Of a stretch of DNA of 64,000 nt, positions 58,901 to 64,000 are shown in pieces; positions within the stretch are counted from its first letter, which is position 1, and every line of letters begins with the position of its first letter. The stretch is from Abditibacterium sp. (GTDB lineage: Bacteria > Armatimonadota > Abditibacteriia > Abditibacteriales > Abditibacteriaceae). The notes under the pieces were generated by a model that saw only the letters and a program-made list of their open reading frames with translations, did not search any database and was not told where the DNA came from. Where the stretch lies: assembly GCA_965246885.1 (NCBI GenBank), contig OZ251992.1, forward strand, positions 416,001 through 480,000, read 5' to 3'. The translations under genes and the position numbers were made by a program.

Positions 58901-59019
58901 TCTTCTAATCCTATTGGTAATTCGCCGCCTTGGGCGAGCAATTTATCGGATGTAAATTGCTCGCCCAAGTCCATTTAACCCTCATCACCGCACAGCCGGA
59001 GCGCGGGAGTCAGAGGAGT

Positions 59020-59160
59020 CGGTAATTCTTCGGAAGACCGATGTAGCTCCTTGGAAGAACGGACTACTTCCTCCAAAGAAGTAAGGAATTCAAGCGGAGA
59101 ACTACCTACTTTGTCGGGTGGGAGCAGTAGTTCTTGCTCTAAGTAGGTAATTCTGCGCTC
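59020..59160. repeat. Highly degenerate 21-bp-period array
   Basis: Recurrent ta(a/g/c)ttc-like cores at 21-bp spacing; reverse orientation of the AGAATT type. Confidence 0.45.
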
Positions 59161-59322
59161 GCTTTGCGTCCGTGAATCGAAGACAGGAGAAATTTTCGCT
59201 CCGCCCTTGGTCGCCAACTCTTCGGCGCGCAGAATTCTTCGCCACATTTTGCTTCGAGGTACGCATCTTGAGTCAAACTGGCCCCTCGAATCCCGCTTTT
59301 CAAAGCGGGAATTAATACCACC

Positions 59323-60303
59323 ATGACACACACGACAACTCTTCCCACACGCCCCTTGGGGCGCTCTGGCTTCGATGTTCCCGTCCTCACCTTCGGTTGC
59401 TGGCAGGCGGGCGGCTCCGAATGGAGCGACACCAATGACGATGACTCACTCGCCGCCATGCGCGCCGCGTTTGAGGCTGGCATTACTTTCTTCGACACCG
59501 CTGAGGTTTATGGCAGCGGCCATTCCGAGGAATTATTGGGCCGTTTCATCGGAGAAGTGGGCCGCGATTCCATCCGCGTCACTACCAAAGTCGGCGCGGG
59601 CAATCTCGCGGGCGATTTGGTCAAAACCGCCTGTCACGACTCGCTCCGACGCATGGGACTGGAGCGTGTGGATTTATATCAAATTCACTGGCCCGCCGGA
59701 ACGTGGGGTTCGCCCGTTATTCCCATAGAGGAAACCATGACGGCGCTCCTTGAACTCAAAAACGAGGGAAAAATTGGCGCTATCGGTGTTTCCAACTTCA
59801 CTAAAGAGCAGATCGCCGAAGCTGCTCAGTTTGGACGCATCGACTCATTGCAACCGCCCTACTCGCTCTTTTTTCAACCCTTCGTGCAAAACGGCACAGT
59901 CCAGTATTGCCAGCAGAACGATATCGCCGTCATCCCCTACTCGCCCCTCGCGCAGGGCCTCGTGAGCGGCAAATTTACCCTTTCCAACCGCCCGACGGAC
60001 AACCGTGCCGGAAATCACCTCTTCAAAGACCCGACATACGGCTTCGCGCTTGATGCTGTCGAGGAACTCAAGTCCATTGCCGGGAAGTATGGCGCCACCA
60101 CGCTGCAATTGGCCCTCGCGTGGCTCATCGCGCAACCCGGTGTCACCAGCCCCATAGTCGGAGCGCGCACGCCGGGACAAATCCAAGGCGCCGCCAAAGC
60201 CGCCGAACTTCGTTTGGAAGACGCCGACATCGCGGCCATCTCGGCCATAGCCAAACCCGTATTGGACTCGTTGCCCGACGCCAAGACGAACCCTTGGATG
60301 TAG
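59323..60303 (+). CDS. Aldo/keto reductase
   Basis: FDTAEVYG.G.SE, DLYQIHWP, IGVSNF, YSPLAQG. Confidence 0.95.
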   Translation: MTHTTTLPTRPLGRSGFDVPVLTFGCWQAGGSEWSDTNDDDSLAAMRAAFEAGITFFDTAEVYGSGHSEELLGRFIGEVGRDSIRVTTKVGAGNLAGDLVKTACHDSLRRMGLERVDLYQIHWPAGTWGSPVIPIEETMTALLELKNEGKIGAIGVSNFTKEQIAEAAQFGRIDSLQPPYSLFFQPFVQNGTVQYCQQNDIAVIPYSPLAQGLVSGKFTLSNRPTDNRAGNHLFKDPTYGFALDAVEELKSIAGKYGATTLQLALAWLIAQPGVTSPIVGARTPGQIQGAAKAAELRLEDADIAAISAIAKPVLDSLPDAKTNPWM

Positions 60304-60317
60304 TTCTTTCATCGAAC

Positions 60318-60349
60318 AAACCGCGCGGCACCTTGCGCCGCGCGGTTTT
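60318..60349 (+). terminator. Probable intrinsic terminator
   Basis: aaaccgcgcggc...gccgcgcggtttt. Confidence 0.7.
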
Positions 60350-60390
60350 GCACAAGAGGCACGGCGGCAATGTTGGTAAATTAAGCGGTG

Positions 60391-61446
60391 ATGAACGAAA
60401 TTTCTTGTGCCGTTATCGGCTACGGCGGCGCTTTTAACATGGGTCGTGCGCACGCCTCCTACATACAAGCCACGCCGGGTTTGCGCCTCCACTCCGTCTG
60501 CGACTTGTCCCCCGACCGCACGGAGGCCGCGCGCGCCGACTTCGCGGGCATCCAGACTTTCAATGCAATAGATGAACTAATCTCAGCAACAGACCTCGAT
60601 TTGTGCGTCATCGTTCTGCCTCACAATCTGCACGCGCCCATTGCCATCCAATGCGCGCGCGCCGGAAAGCACGTCGTGACCGAAAAGCCGATGTGCGTGA
60701 CAGTGGACGAAGCGACCCGCATGATTGAGGCCTCGCGCGCGGCGGGCAAGATGTTATCGGTGTTCCACAACCGCCGTCAGGACGCCGATTATCAAACGCT
60801 ACGGCGCCTGTTGGTCGAAGAAAGGCTGATCGGCGACATCTTCGCCATTGAGGTATTTTCGGGCGGTTTCGGCGCGCAAGACCCGAAATGGTGGCGCTCC
60901 AGCAAGCAGATTTCCGGCGGGTATTTCTACGATTGGGGCGCGCATTTTCTCGATTGGGCGTTGGGATTGTTGCCCGGTAAAATCGTGGACGTGAGCGGCT
61001 ATTTCCACAAACGCGTCTGGCATGATGTCACCAACGAAGACCAAGTGCAAGCCTTGGTGCGCTTCGAGTCGGGCGCCGTGTTGGACATCACGATGAGCAG
61101 CATTGCGCACGCCCAAAAGCCGCGCTGGTGGGTTTTAGGCGACAAGGGCGCTCTCGTTGATCGCCAAAAAACATGGGGCCAAGGCCACTTCGAGGTTACT
61201 GGCGACTTCCAAGCGAGCGGCCACAGCGCTGTTTTAAACGTGCCGTACACAGGCGACAGTCATTGGGAAGCCTACTACGCAAACATCGCCGCGCACCTGT
61301 TAAGGGGTGAAGAATTGGCCGTTAAGCCCGAACAAGCGCGCCGCCTCATCGCCATTATGGAAGGCGCCGAAAAATCCAGCGCGCTGGGCCACTCGGTCGT
61401 TCTACCCACAGAAGACGAAGACGCGCAGTTCGTGCGCAACCACTGA
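60391..61446 (+). CDS. Gfo/Idh/MocA family oxidoreductase
   Basis: VIGYG, GKHVVTEKP, FHNRR, DWGAH. Confidence 0.93.
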   Translation: MNEISCAVIGYGGAFNMGRAHASYIQATPGLRLHSVCDLSPDRTEAARADFAGIQTFNAIDELISATDLDLCVIVLPHNLHAPIAIQCARAGKHVVTEKPMCVTVDEATRMIEASRAAGKMLSVFHNRRQDADYQTLRRLLVEERLIGDIFAIEVFSGGFGAQDPKWWRSSKQISGGYFYDWGAHFLDWALGLLPGKIVDVSGYFHKRVWHDVTNEDQVQALVRFESGAVLDITMSSIAHAQKPRWWVLGDKGALVDRQKTWGQGHFEVTGDFQASGHSAVLNVPYTGDSHWEAYYANIAAHLLRGEELAVKPEQARRLIAIMEGAEKSSALGHSVVLPTEDEDAQFVRNH

Positions 61447-61468
61447 GTGGCGCGTCAAACTACCCGAT

Positions 61469-61484
61469 TGTTTCACATGAAACA
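61469..61484. promoter_or_regulatory. parS site (1 mismatch)
   Basis: TGTTTCACATGAAACA. Confidence 0.85.
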
Positions 61485-61524
61485 TTGGGGAACGATGGCG
61501 TCTTGATTCGCAACCAAGCCGCGT

Positions 61525-61540
61525 TGTTTCACGTGAAACA
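61525..61540. promoter_or_regulatory. parS site (consensus)
   Basis: TGTTTCACGTGAAACA. Confidence 0.95.
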
Positions 61541-61547
61541 ACGCGGC

Positions 61548-62474
61548 TTACATTTGGATAGAGCCGACAAGCTGAGCGACTGCACCGATGTCGTGTTGCT
61601 TCAGGTAGGCCGCGATACCGTCAATAATTTGCAGCGCCGCGCCCGGCTGGACGAAGGTGGCGGTGCCAACTTGGACGGCGCTGGCTCCTGCAATTAAAAA
61701 TTCGAGCGCATCGTTGGCCGTTGCGATGCCGCCGATGCCGATGATGGGGACGGTGATGTGTGGGTCGCTGGCGCATCTCCACACGGCGCGTAGCGCGAGG
61801 GGGCGAATGGCGGGGCCGCTCAAACCGCCCGTCCCGTTGCTTAAACGGGGGCGCCGCGTGCGCGTATCAATGGCGAAGCCAACGAAGGTGTTGGCGACAC
61901 AAAGCGCATCAGCGCCGCCGTTTTGCGCCGCGCGCCCGATTAGAGCGATGTCCGTCACGTTGGGCGACAGCTTGACGAACAAGGGCAAACCAGTCGCGGC
62001 GCGACACGCACGCACAACAGCTTCGGTTTGCGCCGGGTCGGTCGAAAAGTCGAGGCCGTGCGCGACGTTGGGACACGAAATATTCAGTTCGAGAGCGTCA
62101 ACTCCCTCCTCTGCATCCAAGTGGGCACATAATTCTGCAAAATCTGCGACGGAGTCTCCCGCGATGTTCACCACGAGGCGCGTCCCACATCCGCGCAAGA
62201 ACGGCAGTTTGTCGCGCCGAAAAGTCTCTAATCCAACGTTCTGCAGGCCAATAGCGTTCATCACCCCGGCGGGCGTCTCACAAGTGCGTGGTGGGGCGTT
62301 GCCCGCACGCGGCAGGCGCGTCACGGTTTTGCACACCAACGCGCCCAAACGCGACACGTCCACCAAGTCGGCGATCTCCTCGCCATATCCGAAAGTGCCC
62401 GATGCGGTTAAAACCGGGTTTGCCAGTTCGAGTGCTCCCAAACGGATGCGCAAATCGGGAAATGTTGGGTTCAT
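61548..62474 (-). CDS. pyrD: Dihydroorotate dehydrogenase B catalytic subunit
   Basis: ASGTFGYG, NAIGLQN, ELNISCPN, KLSPNV, GGLSGPAI. Confidence 0.96.
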   Translation of the reverse strand: MNPTFPDLRIRLGALELANPVLTASGTFGYGEEIADLVDVSRLGALVCKTVTRLPRAGNAPPRTCETPAGVMNAIGLQNVGLETFRRDKLPFLRGCGTRLVVNIAGDSVADFAELCAHLDAEEGVDALELNISCPNVAHGLDFSTDPAQTEAVVRACRAATGLPLFVKLSPNVTDIALIGRAAQNGGADALCVANTFVGFAIDTRTRRPRLSNGTGGLSGPAIRPLALRAVWRCASDPHITVPIIGIGGIATANDALEFLIAGASAVQVGTATFVQPGAALQIIDGIAAYLKQHDIGAVAQLVGSIQM

Positions 62475-63325
62475 GTCCAATTTATCTCCTGCCCATCGCA
62501 CGCTGGCCCATCCACGCAAATGCGCCGAAAGCGTCCGTACTCGCCGCCATGTGGTTCGCGCATCGGCACGACGCAACCATTGCACACCCCGATGCCACAC
62601 GGCATATTCTCTTCGAGCGACACCTCGCACGCCACGCTTTTGGCCGCGCACAACCCCGCGACGGCGCGCAGCATCGGATACGGCCCGCACGCGAAAACCA
62701 TATCCGGCGGCTCGCTTTGTAGGCAAAGTTCCAGCAAATCGCCCACGCGCCCACAGTGCCCGCGCGAGCCGTCGTCCGTAGCGATTTCCAAGTTTGAGAA
62801 ATGCTCTTCACAAAGCACATCGCCCGCCGACCGTGCGCCCAACAACATTAAAATGTCCACGCCCCGCTCTTTGAGAGTGCGCGCAGTCAATACCATCGGC
62901 GGCACGCCGACACCACCGCCCACCAAAACGGCGCTTTGCCTTGCTTTGTGAAGCGAGAAACCATTGCCAAGCGGCCCAATCAAGTCGAGCCAGTCGCCCT
63001 CATTTGCCCTTGCAAGGAGCGCCGTGCCGCGCCCTTCAACGCGAAACAGAACGTCGAACTCATCGCCGCGCACGTCCATAACCGAAAACGCGCGCCGCAG
63101 GAGCGGGTCGAAAGACCAACTCCCATCACTTTCGCCGGTGCGCGCGCAGGGCAAGATATGCACGAACTGGCCGGGCCGGGCCGTCTGCGCCACGTGCGCA
63201 CACTCGATGGCAAAGGCGAAGTGGTGCCGCGCGACCTCGCGCTTGGAACGAATACGCGCCCGCAGTTGGCGCCGCTCGATGGGGGGCGCTGCGATGGGGG
63301 GCGCTGCGATGGATGTCGGGGTCAT
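62471..63325 (-). CDS. pyrK: Dihydroorotate dehydrogenase electron transfer subunit
   Basis: PGQF, LRRAFS, GPLG, GGGVG, CGIGVCNGC, CVDGP. Confidence 0.93.
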   Translation of the reverse strand: MTPTSIAAPPIAAPPIERRQLRARIRSKREVARHHFAFAIECAHVAQTARPGQFVHILPCARTGESDGSWSFDPLLRRAFSVMDVRGDEFDVLFRVEGRGTALLARANEGDWLDLIGPLGNGFSLHKARQSAVLVGGGVGVPPMVLTARTLKERGVDILMLLGARSAGDVLCEEHFSNLEIATDDGSRGHCGRVGDLLELCLQSEPPDMVFACGPYPMLRAVAGLCAAKSVACEVSLEENMPCGIGVCNGCVVPMREPHGGEYGRFRRICVDGPACDGQEINWT

Positions 63326-63364
63326 GCAAGAGAGTTTGACACGCTCGGTGAGCGCCCTTACGCG

Positions 63365-63835
63365 TCACTCTTCGGTTTTACGCCCGCGTCCGCGCATTCG
63401 GTCGAGGAGTTGGGCGAAAAGCGCCACATCGTCGAACTGTTGATACACGGACGCGAAGCGGACATACGCGACCTGATCGAGCGCGAGGAGCGTTTCCATC
63501 ACCAACTCCCCGACCCGTCCGGCGGCAACCTCCGCCCCGCCTTCGGAGCGCAGTGCCGCTTCAATTTCCTCGACAGCCCGCTCGATGTCCTGCGTTGCGA
63601 CGGGCCGCTTGGAGCACGCCTTGGACAAACCAGAACGCAACTTGTCGGGCGAAAACTCTTCGCGCCGTCCGTCACGCTTGACCACAATAAGCGGTGGCTG
63701 CGCAATTCGCTCGAACGTCGTGAAGCGCTCATTGCACGAATCGCACGAGCGCCGCCGCCGTAGCGCCGCGCCGTCCTCGACGGGGCGCGAGTCCACGACG
63801 CGCGTGTCGTTGTGATGGCAGCGAGGGCATCTCAT
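63365..63835 (-). CDS. nrdR: Transcriptional repressor NrdR
   Basis: MRCPRC, VVDSR, RRRRSC, RFTTFE, AYVRFASVY. Confidence 0.97.
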   Translation of the reverse strand: MRCPRCHHNDTRVVDSRPVEDGAALRRRRSCDSCNERFTTFERIAQPPLIVVKRDGRREEFSPDKLRSGLSKACSKRPVATQDIERAVEEIEAALRSEGGAEVAAGRVGELVMETLLALDQVAYVRFASVYQQFDDVALFAQLLDRMRGRGRKTEE

Positions 63836-63841
63836 AGCGAG

Positions 63842-63857
63842 CGTTTCACGTGAAACA
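63842..63857. promoter_or_regulatory. parS site (1 mismatch)
   Basis: CGTTTCACGTGAAACA just downstream of parB. Confidence 0.88.
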
Positions 63858-63874
63858 AAGTGGGCCGCGCGGCT

Positions 63875-64000
63875 TTAACTCTTGGCCGTGAGCTTCTGAG
63901 TTAGGCGCGCGAGTTCTTCGGGCGAACTATAGTGAACTACCAAAGCGCCGCCGCGCGCGCGCGCGCGAATCTGGACGCGGCTCCCTAATGCGCGCGCAAG
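63875..64000 (-). CDS. parB: ParB/Spo0J, 3' end only (truncated by window)
   Basis: Manual translation LARALGSRVQIRARARGGALVVHYSSPEELARLTQKLTAKS* matches the ParB dimerisation tail; adjacent to parS. Confidence 0.8.
   Translation of the reverse strand, partial: LARALGSRVQIRARARGGALVVHYSSPEELARLTQKLTAKS

Noticed and set aside
58975..59331. 118-aa minus-strand ORF next to oriC
   Set aside because: Overlaps a degenerate repeat and the start of the reductase gene; atypical codon usage.
63276..63312. 15-bp tandem duplication at the pyrK 5' end (IAAPP twice)
   Set aside because: Simple in-frame slippage in a disordered N-terminus.

Overview
High-GC bacterial chromosome segment. Gene content and style suggest Armatimonadota (Abditibacterium-like); this is inference only. 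The right end is the replication-origin region: dnaN-recF-dciA, clustered DnaA boxes with an AT-rich unwinding element, three parS sites and the 3' end of parB. An FKBP gene occupies the slot where dnaA normally lies. The rest is mostly housekeeping (mrdA, trmFO, cca, apaG, dapA, rnj, udg, serS, pyrD/pyrK, nrdR), a partial Tad locus, a helicase/methylase/vWA/kinase/WD40 cluster and DUF11-type surface proteins. Most notable observations: (1) a family of Y-shaped palindromic elements, one of them translated in frame inside the CCA-adding enzyme; (2) an ArgRS homologue that has lost its HIGH motif; (3) a four-helix-bundle (IVS-type) gene bracketed by a perfect inverted repeat between dnaN and recF; (4) dispersed intergenic arrays with 21-bp period. 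I found no tRNA, rRNA, CRISPR array or transposase. All calls come from reading motifs by eye; no database search was run.
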